From: an uncultured Aminicenantes bacterium
Lineage (GTDB): Bacteria > Acidobacteriota > Aminicenantia > UBA2199
DNA: 64,000 nucleotides
Direction: 5' to 3'
NCBI GenBank assembly: GCA_965195285.1
Contig: CBDAFS010000015.1
Coordinates: forward strand, 1-64,000
Shown piece after piece: positions 38,757 to 49,391 of this stretch. Positions within the stretch are counted from its first letter, which is position 1; each line of letters begins with the position of its first letter. The notes beneath the pieces are model-generated. The model was not told where the DNA came from and did no database searches. It saw only the letters and a program-made list of their open reading frames with translations. The translations under genes were made by a program, and so were the position numbers.

Positions 38757-39974
38757 ATGAAGAGATTTTTATTTTTTGTCATAATACCCATTTTGATTTT
38801 ACCAGTAATGACCTGTAACGAGGTGGTGGAGGAAATTATTGAAGAAATAACCTCCATGTCCTTTACCACACCCAATAAAATTTATGATGGCAATCTTCCG
38901 GCGGAGGGGGATAATACCAGTTATTTATTGGATCCAGCCATGGAGGTGAGTACGGATGGCGAGATTTATCTGATCTGGAATAATTGGATAAATGATGATG
39001 AAGATCGTATTTCCTTTGGATGGTCCGGTGATAGGGGGGATACCTGGAGTGAATCAAAAAGGATATCCAGTGGTTACAAGGCCTCCATTTCCCTGTCAAA
39101 TTCAGGAAATGTTAATGTTGTTTATCCTCGGTGCTGCCCCTGGGATTTATTTCATATCAGCTCATCGGACAATGGTACTACATGGCGATCACCGGTCCAG
39201 ATAACCAACTCCAGTTTCCTCACTCCCTCCCTGGATCCAAAAATTTGTATTGATAATTCTGGTAATATGAATGTGGCTTGGAATAAAGGGAATCAGCAAG
39301 ATGTATGGGAAGTGTATTTCAGCCACTCCTCTGATAGTGGCTTTAACTGGTCAGTGTCAATAGGGATATCAAATAAGCCCAACTATCATTCAAATGATTC
39401 CTCCATCACCTGTTTGGCAAGTGGAAGCATTTATTTGGTATGGCAGCAGAATCTTCCCCAAAACGCCATGCAGGTATTTTTCAGTCAATCGGATGATTAT
39501 GGGGTCACCTGGACAATACCCAAAGATGTATCGCCGGGGGACAATCATTCTGAACACCCCTTTATTACCTGTGATGGTTCATCCACCATCTACCTGACCT
39601 GGTCCAATAATTACCATTATACGGAAAAACTAAATGTATTTTTATCATTCTCTACTGATAATGGTGCAACCTGGAGAACTCCAGTCAATGTATCCAATAC
39701 TGCCAATGCTGATTCCAAATATCCGGTAATGGCTATTGATAATAAGGGATATATTTATATCGCCTGGATGGAGAAGGTGAGTGGCAACTGGGAGATATAT
39801 TTTAAGCATTCTCCGGATGGGGGAGAGAATTGGAGTGATCCGGTTAATATATCCAGTAATTCGGGTGATTCCTGTGTGCCGGTAGTGGGAGTGGATGGTG
39901 ATGGAACAGTATACCTGGTCTGGGATGATGATACCTCCGGCAAAAATGCCATTTACTTTGCTAGGAGTTTTTAA
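38757..39974 (+). CDS. BNR/Asp-box (sialidase-like) beta-propeller, probable lipoprotein
   Basis: Six SxDxGxxW Asp-boxes; signal peptide ending VMTC; GGAGG RBS. Confidence 0.8.
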   Translation: MKRFLFFVIIPILILPVMTCNEVVEEIIEEITSMSFTTPNKIYDGNLPAEGDNTSYLLDPAMEVSTDGEIYLIWNNWINDDEDRISFGWSGDRGDTWSESKRISSGYKASISLSNSGNVNVVYPRCCPWDLFHISSSDNGTTWRSPVQITNSSFLTPSLDPKICIDNSGNMNVAWNKGNQQDVWEVYFSHSSDSGFNWSVSIGISNKPNYHSNDSSITCLASGSIYLVWQQNLPQNAMQVFFSQSDDYGVTWTIPKDVSPGDNHSEHPFITCDGSSTIYLTWSNNYHYTEKLNVFLSFSTDNGATWRTPVNVSNTANADSKYPVMAIDNKGYIYIAWMEKVSGNWEIYFKHSPDGGENWSDPVNISSNSGDSCVPVVGVDGDGTVYLVWDDDTSGKNAIYFARSF

Positions 39975-40061
39975 TTGATAATGGTATTTATTTGAATACT
40001 TTTATTAAATAGAACACTGATAATTGATTCTATTTAATTCTAAAGTGAGGAGAGAATTACA

Positions 40062-40268
40062 GACGCCAGTCTAAAGGTATTATTTTGAAGCCCCGCTAAG
40101 CCTGGAATCCTTATTTTTTTTGATGATCCGGCCGGCGATAGATAAGGAATACCAGTCCCCCCAGGATACCATAACCCACTCTCATCCCCAGATCGATGAG
40201 TTCGCCGGACAGGGCAAAGGCTGGCGGAAAATTCATCAACTGTTTGAAACTGACTGTCCGAATCCCCA
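40062..40268 (+). repeat. 207-bp direct repeat, copy 2
   Basis: Matches 38403-38609. Confidence 0.95.
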
Positions 40269-41094
40269 GTCCATTTATGGCCGGTACGGTCATGAGCAGA
40301 ACGATCATTACCGGTACTTTGATCATGAAATCAATGGTATCCGGATTCTGGCCCAGAGCCCGGGCAATCAGGTAATAGTATATGATCATATTCAATTGAA
40401 ATATAATGCTGATCAACAGCGCAGACATGAGCTCAAAAGGCCGGTGAAAGTAAATGGATAGGGCTTGGTAAGATTCGTTTAATAAATGACCGACTTTTTT
40501 CGGTAATATTTTATTCAAAAAATTAAGAACTTTGGGGGCAATACCGGGATGAGCCAACATCATTCCAACCGCTCCCATTAAAATCAGGACAGCGAATAAA
40601 AACCAGATTCCTGTATTTTCATTGTCTCCCCTTAGGGTTTTGATGATTAAAGCGGTCAGGGCGATTAAAATCAGGGCTGCCAATCCGGTTATCCTTTCCA
40701 TTATGACAACCATTAAAGAGGTGGTGGTTTTCCCGGTCAGTTTTTTGCTTTCAATGACTCGGAGGGTATCGCCTCCGATTGTGGATGGTAAAAAAGTATT
40801 GAAAAAAGCTGCCATAAAATAGTAAAGAAAGAGTTGGCCGAAGTTGGCCTGGACATCCTGGGCTCTTAACATGAATTTCCATCTCAGGCTAATCAGGCCG
40901 AATCCTACCAGGTGGAGCAGACTGGCCGGAATAAGGTACTTGAGCGAAGCAGAAGAAAAGGCCTCAAAGATCTTTTTAAAAGCATCGGTGAGGCCACCCT
41001 GTTGATTGGAGAGCATGAGCAGAAAGTATCCGATCAGTATGGTGCTGACCACTATCCTGAGAAATAAAAGTATTGTCTTTTTTTTCATGTTCAT
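40111..41094 (-). CDS. LPG-synthase-TM / flippase-like membrane protein (UPF0104)
   Basis: SLRW, FFNTFLPSTIGGD, GLGIR; multiple TM. Confidence 0.8.
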   Translation of the reverse strand: MNMKKKTILLFLRIVVSTILIGYFLLMLSNQQGGLTDAFKKIFEAFSSASLKYLIPASLLHLVGFGLISLRWKFMLRAQDVQANFGQLFLYYFMAAFFNTFLPSTIGGDTLRVIESKKLTGKTTTSLMVVIMERITGLAALILIALTALIIKTLRGDNENTGIWFLFAVLILMGAVGMMLAHPGIAPKVLNFLNKILPKKVGHLLNESYQALSIYFHRPFELMSALLISIIFQLNMIIYYYLIARALGQNPDTIDFMIKVPVMIVLLMTVPAINGLGIRTVSFKQLMNFPPAFALSGELIDLGMRVGYGILGGLVFLIYRRPDHQKK

Positions 41095-41249
41095 GCAGAC
41101 CCGATATCAGAAATACATCCATACTAACACCCTGCTGAAACATAGTCAATAATCCTTTGACTTTGGTTTGGGGGGGTGATAAAATCAATCTTGGATCAGG
41201 TGTTTCCTGAGGCATATACACAGACATTTATCTTAAACAGGTTAATAGA

Positions 41250-42458
41250 ATGATCAGGTATTCCGGAATTATCGGTATTGTGGTTTTCTTGCTGGTTGCT
41301 TTTTTATTGTCCAATAACCGGAAAAAAATTGCTTTGAAAACTGTTATTTACGGTTTGATTACCCAATTTGTTATAGCGGTTTTCATGCTGAAAACCGCTG
41401 TGGGTGTGGTCCTATTCGAATGGGTGAACCGCATTTTTGTCAGGATCCTGGGATACAGTGATAAAGGGGCTGAATTGTTATTCGGAAAACTGGTTCACTC
41501 CAGTGAGATCGGGGCCACACTGGCCTTTCAGGCGCTCCCGGTTATCATATTTGTGTCGGCCCTGATGGGCTTACTGGTCTATTTCGGGGTGATTCAATTC
41601 ATTATCAGGATTTTGGCCCGCATTTTTTATAAAACGTTGAAAATAACCGGAGTTGAGGCTTTTATCGCTTCACTATTGATATTTATGGGAATCGAGGCGA
41701 TTACCGGAGTTAAAGAATATATTAAAAACATGAATGAATCCAGGATTTTTACCATCATGGTTACCTTTATGTCAACCATTGCCGGAAGCGTCATGGTTGC
41801 CTATATGAGTTTTGGGGCCAAGGCCGGGCATCTGCTGACCGCCTCATTGATGAGTGCTCCGGCTGCAATTGTGATATCCAAGATAATGATCCCGGATGTG
41901 GATAAATCGGAAACCGATCCTCTGCATACCGTTAAAATTGATAAGAAAGGAGGGACTGCGATTGAAGCCATTGCCAATGGCACTTCTGATGGTTTGAATT
42001 TATCCCTGCAAATTGCAGCAATGCTAATTGCTTTTATGGCCATCATTCATTTGGTAAATGGGATCTTTGGGAATATCACCGGATTAACTCTGGAACGGTT
42101 CCTGGGATATTTGCTCTCTCCGGTGGCTTTTTTAATCGGAATTCCACCGGGTGAGTCTATTGAAGTGGGGAGACTGCTGGGTATCAAGATCCTTTTCACG
42201 GAATTCATTTCCTATCTTCAATTGAAAACCCATATCATTGACCAGACCCTTTCAGCCAGGACCATTGCCATTACCACTTATGCTTTATGCGGATTCACCC
42301 ATTTCGGGAGTGTGGCAATATTGATCGGCGGAATCGGAACCCTGGTGCCAGATAAGAAACCAATGGTTTCAAAACTGGCCATCAAGGCCTTGATCGGAGG
42401 TTTCCTGGCCACGGTTATAACGGCTGCTATTGCCGGGATTTTAATCGGGACGGCCTGA
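41250..42458 (+). CDS. CNT-family Na+/nucleoside transporter (NupC-like)
   Basis: STIAGSV, ASLMSAPA, TYALCGF. Confidence 0.9.
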   Translation: MIRYSGIIGIVVFLLVAFLLSNNRKKIALKTVIYGLITQFVIAVFMLKTAVGVVLFEWVNRIFVRILGYSDKGAELLFGKLVHSSEIGATLAFQALPVIIFVSALMGLLVYFGVIQFIIRILARIFYKTLKITGVEAFIASLLIFMGIEAITGVKEYIKNMNESRIFTIMVTFMSTIAGSVMVAYMSFGAKAGHLLTASLMSAPAAIVISKIMIPDVDKSETDPLHTVKIDKKGGTAIEAIANGTSDGLNLSLQIAAMLIAFMAIIHLVNGIFGNITGLTLERFLGYLLSPVAFLIGIPPGESIEVGRLLGIKILFTEFISYLQLKTHIIDQTLSARTIAITTYALCGFTHFGSVAILIGGIGTLVPDKKPMVSKLAIKALIGGFLATVITAAIAGILIGTA

Positions 42459-42486
42459 GGTTTAGTGAAAATCAGATGAGGAGAAA

Positions 42487-43743
42487 ATGTTAGAAAAAAC
42501 GGTTTTGGATTGTGGCTTAACCATTCTCAGTGAATACCGACCCGAACTGCCCTCATTTGCACTCAGTTATTCCCTCAGAAGCGGCTCCCGGACCGAAACC
42601 CCTCAAAACAATGGTATCCACCACTTGATTGAACATATGATGTTCAAGGGCTCTCAACAATACGATTTGAAACAAATAGCCAGGATTTCAGATCAACTGG
42701 GTGGCAACTTGAATGCCTTTACCGGTAAGGAGATTACCCAGTTCTATTTAAAAGCCATTGATGAGAGATTTGAATTGGGTTTCGACATTCTGACCGATAT
42801 CATACTGAATGCCACTTTTCCCGGGGAGGAGTTCTTTAAAGAAACCAATGTGGTTTTGCAGGAGATCAAGGAGTCAGAAGATACACCCGATACCCATGCT
42901 TTTGAAATCTTTTACGAGCAGATATTTGAAAATAATCCTCTGGGTTATCCCATCTCGGGAAGGGAGGATCAGGTTTTGCTTTTCACCCAGGATATGGCCT
43001 TTAAGTTTTACAAAAAAAAATACAACCCGGAAAACCTGGTGTTGGCAGCTGTCGGGAATTTGGACCATTATTCTCTGGTCAAGGAAGCCCGGAGCTATTT
43101 TTCAGGCTTCAGGGCAAAATTACCAGCTGATTTTTCTTTTAAAAAACCGGAAATGGTTTTTGGAACTGCCGTTAAGGAAAAGGAATCCTTAAAACAGACT
43201 TACGTGATTATCGGATTTAAGGGCATTCCGGTTGTATCTCCCATCAGATATAAATTTTTATTGATGAATGAGATACTCGGCTCCGGGATGAGTTCCCGAT
43301 TGTTTCAAAGAATCCGTGAAGAAAAAGGCCTGGCCTATACCGTGCATTCCTTTCTGGATTTTTATCTGGATAACGGTTTGTTAATCGTTTATTCGATTGT
43401 CGAAGCGGAAAAAATCAATGATTATCTTCAGTCGGTAAAAGAGGAAATTAATTTATTGAAGCAAAAGGGGATCAGTAGAGAAGAACTGTCCAGAGCCAAA
43501 GATCATCTGAAATCTTCGATTATACTGGCTTTGGAAAGCAATGCGGCCAAAATGAGTTTCAATGTCAGCCAGGACCTGTTTTTAAAAAGAGAGGTGAAGA
43601 TCAATGAAATTTTAGAAAATATAAATGAAACCACTGTTCATGATATCAATAAATTACTGGAAATCCATTTGAATCTGGATCAGGTTGCCATGTTATTGTA
43701 TGGCAATGTTCAGGAAGAAAAATATCAAGATTTCACTTTTTAA
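42487..43743 (+). CDS. M16 family zinc peptidase
   Basis: HLIEHMMFKG inverted Zn motif, SSRLFQRIREEKGLAY. Confidence 0.92.
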   Translation: MLEKTVLDCGLTILSEYRPELPSFALSYSLRSGSRTETPQNNGIHHLIEHMMFKGSQQYDLKQIARISDQLGGNLNAFTGKEITQFYLKAIDERFELGFDILTDIILNATFPGEEFFKETNVVLQEIKESEDTPDTHAFEIFYEQIFENNPLGYPISGREDQVLLFTQDMAFKFYKKKYNPENLVLAAVGNLDHYSLVKEARSYFSGFRAKLPADFSFKKPEMVFGTAVKEKESLKQTYVIIGFKGIPVVSPIRYKFLLMNEILGSGMSSRLFQRIREEKGLAYTVHSFLDFYLDNGLLIVYSIVEAEKINDYLQSVKEEINLLKQKGISREELSRAKDHLKSSIILALESNAAKMSFNVSQDLFLKREVKINEILENINETTVHDINKLLEIHLNLDQVAMLLYGNVQEEKYQDFTF

Positions 43744-43792
43744 AAGGAATATGTTTTTTTCATATAGATTTTAATTATGATATGATATCCGA

Positions 43793-46700
43793 ATGGATAA
43801 GGCGAAGAAGATGAGAGTTGTTTTTACCGGAGGTGGCACCGGGGGCCATGTCTATCCGAATATTGCCATTTATGATGTCATAAAGGAGAGATACCCAGAG
43901 GCCTCTTTTTTGTATATCGGGACCAGAAAGGGGGCAGAGGAGAGAATCGTTTCCAATCTTCCCCAGCCTATAGAATTTGTCAGTATCGTGTCCAGGGGGA
44001 TTCCCCAGAAAATAAGGAGTTTTAAAACCATAATGGCCCTGCTGGTTATGTTTTTTGGATTTGTAAAAAGTTTTTTTGCACTCAGAAAATTTAAGCCGGA
44101 TGTCGTTATCGGCAGTGGTGGTTATGTGTCAGCCCCGGTTCTGTTTGCCTCGGCGTTTCTACGCTTAAAGATTTTTATTCATGAACAGAATGCGGTTCCC
44201 GGAAGACTAAATCGCTATATATCCAAGTTCGCACACAAAATAGGGGTCAGTTTTGCCTCTACCGCCAGTTTTTTTCCAAGGAAAAAAGTTGCCATTACCG
44301 GATATCCGCTCAGAAAGTCAATCCTGAAGAAAAAAGATGTGAATGTAAAAGAAAAATACGGTATTCCATCAGACAATCGTGTCCTGTTTATCTGCAGCGG
44401 AAGTAGCGGTGCCCGGACCATCAACAATGCCATTGCGGAAATTCTTCCGGATTTGTTGACCATCGATGATCTCACCATTATTATTTCAACCGGAAGGGGG
44501 TACACCAGAGAATACAGGGCTTTTGACGATACGGTTGCCATTCTCCAAAGAATTGGGGTTCAGCCTGATATTGAAGGGAAACTGATTATCCGGGAATATT
44601 TTGACAATATTGATGAAATTTATTCCATTTCGGATTTAATTGTTTCCCGAGCCGGTGCAGGTACCATCAAGGAAATTACCACACTGGGAATTCCTTCGAT
44701 TTTAATTCCAAAGATCGATCTTCCCGGGGATCACCAGATCTTAAATGCCATTGAAGTGCAGAAGATGGGGGGAGCTGAGATTGTATATGAAGAAGTCGAT
44801 CTGCGAAATAATCAGAAAACCATATATGTTCCGGAGAAAATACTTTTAGATACCATTCGGAAACTATTATTTGATAACCGGTTCTTTTCCCTGATGAAGA
44901 AGAATTTAGATAAGATTGATAAGCGGAATAGCGCCGAACTCATCCTGGCTGAGATTGAGTTGATCCTGGAAATTAAGCAATCGGTTGAGGAAAAACAGAT
45001 CAAGATTTTTTATCTGCAGTCTGAAGAAAGTGATAAGAGCTATGAATTGATTTTTGATTCCACAACCCTGGGGAATTCCTTCCTTTGTGATGTTTATCTG
45101 GGAGAGATCAAGTCCAATGTGATCTTCCGGATCAAAAATATCAACAATGATGAAAAGTTGATCCTTAAAAGGGTGAAGGGAAGGATTACATTGAATGGGG
45201 AGGAAGTGGGAGACTGGACTGAAATTGTAGAGAATGACTGTCTGGAAATTGCCGGTCATGTTTATGTTTTAAAACGTTATCTGGAAAAATTGGAACAGTT
45301 TCATTTTGAAAAAACCACTTCTTCTAAAATTTTGGGATCCTCTTTTGGCATTATGATCTCCCGGATTGGCGGATTTTTCAGGGAGATCGTTTTTGCCGCT
45401 ACTTTCGGAGCCGGGAAAACCATGAGTATTTTTGCGGTCGGATTAACCATTTCAAATTTTTTGAGGCGGGTGGTTGCCGAGAATGCCCTCGAGAATGCCT
45501 ATCTTCCCATATTTTTAAGAATTTTTCACCGGAGCGCGCGAAAAAAAACCTGGAAGGCTGCTTCATCCATTGTCAATGTCACTCTTCTGCTCTCCGTTAC
45601 CTTTACCCTGCTGGGTATTTTACTGGTCCCGCTGTTGATTAAATTTCTGTTTCCTGCATTCGTGGCCAGGGGAATGATTAATGAAACCATCAACATGACC
45701 CGACTGATGTTCCCTTATCTTTTTCTGGTGACAGTGGCATCGGTGATGACCACCTACTTGAAGGCCTTCAACCGTTTTGGTATTGCCGAGTCTTCGGCTC
45801 TGTTTTTTTCCGTCGGTACTATCACCGGAGTGGTTATCCTGCATTCATTCACCGGGATTTATTCTCTGGCTTACGGTGTTTTACTCGGCGGGGTTTTACA
45901 AATATTATTTGCCTTGCCATTTACCGTTAAAATACTTTCACAAAAGGCCTTGCAGTTTCATTATTCTCCCTCCATTCAATTTGCCAGCCCTGAGAATAAA
46001 AAATATTATTCACAACTGGGACCCATATTCATTGATGTCATCCTGTCAAATTCCTCTGAAATTGTTGCGCAGATACTGGCTGCCGGATTGAAAACAGGGG
46101 CCATTGCTTTTTTATATTTTGCCAAGACGATTTTCAGGTTGCCTTTTGCCATAATCTCACAGGCGATCAACAGTGTGATTTTAAGGGAGTTTTCGGATAA
46201 AATTGCCCTGTTCGATAAAGAGAAGGCCAGAAAATTATTCATCGATGGACTGAAAACCAATTTATTCCTACTCACTCCTATATCGATTTCTATGATTATT
46301 CTGGCAGAACCGATTGTTTCATTGATCCTGGGTCGCGGTGAGTTCAACCAGTCGGATATACTTCATACTGCATATGCACTCCAATTTTATTCGATCGGGT
46401 TGATCGGGTGGGGGATTCATTCGTTTACAGTCAGAATATTCTCGGCCAGGATGGATATTAAGACTTCCATGATATTGAATTTTTTCATGCTGACCACTAA
46501 TATTACACTATGCCTTCTACTGGTCAGGACAAGCTTGACTTTTGCCGGGTTGGCCCTGGCCACTTCACTTTCATATTTGATCTTTTCGGTTATCCGGGTG
46601 CTGGTATTGAAATACAAGCTGGAAAGAGAAGATATTCGAATCGCCTACCGGGAAATATTAATATCTTTTTTCAAAACCCTCCTGGCCTCATGTTTCATGG

Positions 46701-47578
46701 TGGTCATCATGCTGGAAACCAAATTAATATTTAAGAAAATTCCTTTCGGATCCAAAACCTTTGAAAACATTATAATGCTGGTATCCTTGCTGTTTATCGG
46801 AACTGCGGTATATTTCCTTTCATCTCTGTTACTTAAAAATACCGAAATTCTCATTTTAAGAAAAACCCTGATGAAAGGAGATAGAAATATACCGATTTCC
46901 ATGCTGTCACCTTTTGAGTTTTTAAACCGGGCCGCTCGATTTCCTGAAAAATTCAGGGATGATTACCTTTACAAGATCAATATTTTCATCTCCAGTGAAA
47001 AATGGGAGATCAGAAATGTGGGGGTTAAACTGGTAGGCATTTTTCAGGATAGAACCAAAATTGATTTTTTATTAAATTTGATAAAATCAACTTCTGCCAA
47101 TGGTTTCATCAAACGAAACGCACTGATGGCCTTGATCCAGCTGGATTTCTGGGATGCCAAACAAAAAGATTTAATGAAAAGCCTTTTAAATGACAGCTAT
47201 TTTGAAGTTAGAGCCGCCACAATTGAATACCTCTACAACAAGCTGCCTGACCAGGACTATGATGAATTCAAGGGTATGATTCATAAGAAATTGAAAAGAT
47301 CATCTCTGGAGGAAAAAATCGCCTCTTTGAAGCTCATTGGGAAACTCGGTTCAAAAGATGAACTCGCTTTACTGAAGCATTTCTACCTGAGCAGCAATTC
47401 CATCCTGAGAGAGGAATTGCTGGAAATGATTTTAAGATTTTACCGGAGGAAGCTGCTTTCTGTTGATGAAGTCAAAGAGCAGATTGATAAAATACTGAAA
47501 ACCTCCAATAACTTCAGTCCTGAGTTTAAGCTGAAGGCAATAATAAACAAGGTTTTTAAGGAGCTAGGAGAAACATGA
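43793..47578 (+). CDS. MurG glycosyltransferase - FHA-like - MurJ flippase - HEAT-repeat fusion
   Basis: GGGTGGH, HEQN, RAGAGT (MurG); TTLGNSFLCDVYL..TLNGEEV..ENDCLEIAG (FHA-like); SRIGGFFRE..FGAG, RLPFAII, GLALATS (MurJ); SEKWEIRN, NDSYFEVRA (HEAT). Confidence 0.88.
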   Translation: MDKAKKMRVVFTGGGTGGHVYPNIAIYDVIKERYPEASFLYIGTRKGAEERIVSNLPQPIEFVSIVSRGIPQKIRSFKTIMALLVMFFGFVKSFFALRKFKPDVVIGSGGYVSAPVLFASAFLRLKIFIHEQNAVPGRLNRYISKFAHKIGVSFASTASFFPRKKVAITGYPLRKSILKKKDVNVKEKYGIPSDNRVLFICSGSSGARTINNAIAEILPDLLTIDDLTIIISTGRGYTREYRAFDDTVAILQRIGVQPDIEGKLIIREYFDNIDEIYSISDLIVSRAGAGTIKEITTLGIPSILIPKIDLPGDHQILNAIEVQKMGGAEIVYEEVDLRNNQKTIYVPEKILLDTIRKLLFDNRFFSLMKKNLDKIDKRNSAELILAEIELILEIKQSVEEKQIKIFYLQSEESDKSYELIFDSTTLGNSFLCDVYLGEIKSNVIFRIKNINNDEKLILKRVKGRITLNGEEVGDWTEIVENDCLEIAGHVYVLKRYLEKLEQFHFEKTTSSKILGSSFGIMISRIGGFFREIVFAATFGAGKTMSIFAVGLTISNFLRRVVAENALENAYLPIFLRIFHRSARKKTWKAASSIVNVTLLLSVTFTLLGILLVPLLIKFLFPAFVARGMINETINMTRLMFPYLFLVTVASVMTTYLKAFNRFGIAESSALFFSVGTITGVVILHSFTGIYSLAYGVLLGGVLQILFALPFTVKILSQKALQFHYSPSIQFASPENKKYYSQLGPIFIDVILSNSSEIVAQILAAGLKTGAIAFLYFAKTIFRLPFAIISQAINSVILREFSDKIALFDKEKARKLFIDGLKTNLFLLTPISISMIILAEPIVSLILGRGEFNQSDILHTAYALQFYSIGLIGWGIHSFTVRIFSARMDIKTSMILNFFMLTTNITLCLLLVRTSLTFAGLALATSLSYLIFSVIRVLVLKYKLEREDIRIAYREILISFFKTLLASCFMVVIMLETKLIFKKIPFGSKTFENIIMLVSLLFIGTAVYFLSSLLLKNTEILILRKTLMKGDRNIPISMLSPFEFLNRAARFPEKFRDDYLYKINIFISSEKWEIRNVGVKLVGIFQDRTKIDFLLNLIKSTSANGFIKRNALMALIQLDFWDAKQKDLMKSLLNDSYFEVRAATIEYLYNKLPDQDYDEFKGMIHKKLKRSSLEEKIASLKLIGKLGSKDELALLKHFYLSSNSILREELLEMILRFYRRKLLSVDEVKEQIDKILKTSNNFSPEFKLKAIINKVFKELGET

Positions 47579-48675
47579 TTGTCTGGTTAATGGAGTTTAT
47601 GGAATTTATTCCGGAATCGATTCAGCGGCTCTTTTCTTATGTTAGTTTTAGAGCATTGATGGCCATGTTAACTGCTTTTTTGTTCGGGGTTTTTGTGGGG
47701 AAAAGACTGATTAACATTATTTATCAGCTTAATTTCCGGGATGTATCCAGGAGTTATGGGAATTTGTCCCCGAAAAACAAAACAGGAACTCCCACCATGG
47801 GCGGGATCATCATTTTTTTATCTTTCCTGATTGCGGTGTTGATTTGGTCAAAGCCGGATAATTTTTTTATTTCAATTATTCTACTGGCCGCTTTCTGGTT
47901 TACCACTCTGGGTTTTTTTGATGATTATTTAAAAAATGTGAAAGGCACCAGTGATGCGGGTATGAGCCGGGGATTGAAGCTCTTTTTTCAGGCATTGTTC
48001 GGACTAATCCTGGGACTCCTGGTTTTATCAAACAACTCACCCATCGGCCAGGAAATAGCAACGAAACTGTTCATTCCCTTTATTAAAAATCCAGTTATCG
48101 ATCTTTCTTTTTTTTATTATATTTTTATTATACTGGTGATCATCGGAATTTCCAATTCGATTAATTTTGCCGATGGCCTAGATGGGCTGGCCGCAGTACC
48201 GGTTTCCCTGCTGGCTTTTGTGTATGCCGTATTTGCCTATATATTAGGCAATTCAAAACTGGCTGAATATTTACTCTTTCCCTATATAAACGGGGCCGAG
48301 GAACTGGTGATTGCACTGGCTGCCCTGGCAGGTGCCATGATCGGTTTTCTGTGGTTTAATACCTATCCGGCCGAGATATTTATGGGAGATACCGGTTCTC
48401 TGTTTTTGGGTGGAATTATTGCTACTACGGCGATATTGTTAAAAAAAGAAATACTATTTCTGGTTGCAGGCGGACTCTTTGTGATTGAATTCCTATCTGT
48501 TTTTATTCAGGACTATATTGGTATCAAATGGTTCAAAAGAAGGATTTTTTACCGGGCCCCGATTCACCATACCTATCAATTTTTGGGAATTGCTGAACCT
48601 AAAATTGTGGTTCGATTCTGGATTATAGCCGGGATTTTTACCCTGGTCAGTTTAATCAGCTTGAAGTTACGGTAA
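47575..48675 (+). CDS. mraY: Phospho-N-acetylmuramoyl-pentapeptide transferase
   Basis: KTGTPTMGG, GFFDD, NFADGLDGL, IFMGDTGS, APIHH. Confidence 0.93.
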   Translation: MIVWLMEFMEFIPESIQRLFSYVSFRALMAMLTAFLFGVFVGKRLINIIYQLNFRDVSRSYGNLSPKNKTGTPTMGGIIIFLSFLIAVLIWSKPDNFFISIILLAAFWFTTLGFFDDYLKNVKGTSDAGMSRGLKLFFQALFGLILGLLVLSNNSPIGQEIATKLFIPFIKNPVIDLSFFYYIFIILVIIGISNSINFADGLDGLAAVPVSLLAFVYAVFAYILGNSKLAEYLLFPYINGAEELVIALAALAGAMIGFLWFNTYPAEIFMGDTGSLFLGGIIATTAILLKKEILFLVAGGLFVIEFLSVFIQDYIGIKWFKRRIFYRAPIHHTYQFLGIAEPKIVVRFWIIAGIFTLVSLISLKLR

Positions 48676-49385
48676 TGAAGGATATCAAAGACATTCTTGT
48701 TTTTCTGAGCCTTTCTCTTAAGATTTTTCTGAGTTTGGTGTTTTTCAATTTATTGTATTTGCTCATATCTATCATGATTATTGTTGGTCTCTTTTTTGTA
48801 TCTCCTGCACCAATGAGCCATTCGGGGTCTCTATTGTTGTTATTGATATCCATCATCGCTTTCCATATCGCTTTTAAAAACATTTTTTTGTTTAAATATC
48901 AGTGGTTGCTCAATTTCAGGTTTATAGATTTTTTAGGTAACAATCCATCATTGAACCCGCCGATATCGATGGACTATGACCGTGGGTTGAAACTTCCCAT
49001 TGAAGAGATAAAAAGTCAATATAAAGCCGTCAAATCTGGTTTAAAACCAAGAGGGCTGGCATTATTCTCAAAAATGTTTGTTATTTCCATGATAATGACC
49101 CTGATTTTAACTGAGCACCCATTCAACTGGAATCGGGGTATTACCGAAAATTTAAAAAAAAGCGTATTGAAGCTATACTTGTTGAATTTGCTGATTTTTT
49201 TCATGATATTGGTTACGTTTACCCTGATTTCATTTTTACTTACTATTGGAATTCATTTGGAATTGAAATGTCTGGTTTTTTTTATCGGATTTTTGTTTGC
49301 TTATTTTTTGCATGCTGCCCTGTTCGATCCCATTGTTTCACTCATGATTCAGAAGCAAACTTATTTGTCGGTTTCACAGAGTTGA
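48675..49385 (+). CDS. Hypothetical membrane protein
   Basis: Several TM segments; TAATG overlap with mraY. Confidence 0.6.
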   Translation: MKDIKDILVFLSLSLKIFLSLVFFNLLYLLISIMIIVGLFFVSPAPMSHSGSLLLLLISIIAFHIAFKNIFLFKYQWLLNFRFIDFLGNNPSLNPPISMDYDRGLKLPIEEIKSQYKAVKSGLKPRGLALFSKMFVISMIMTLILTEHPFNWNRGITENLKKSVLKLYLLNLLIFFMILVTFTLISFLLTIGIHLELKCLVFFIGFLFAYFLHAALFDPIVSLMIQKQTYLSVSQS

Positions 49386-49391
49386 TAATAA

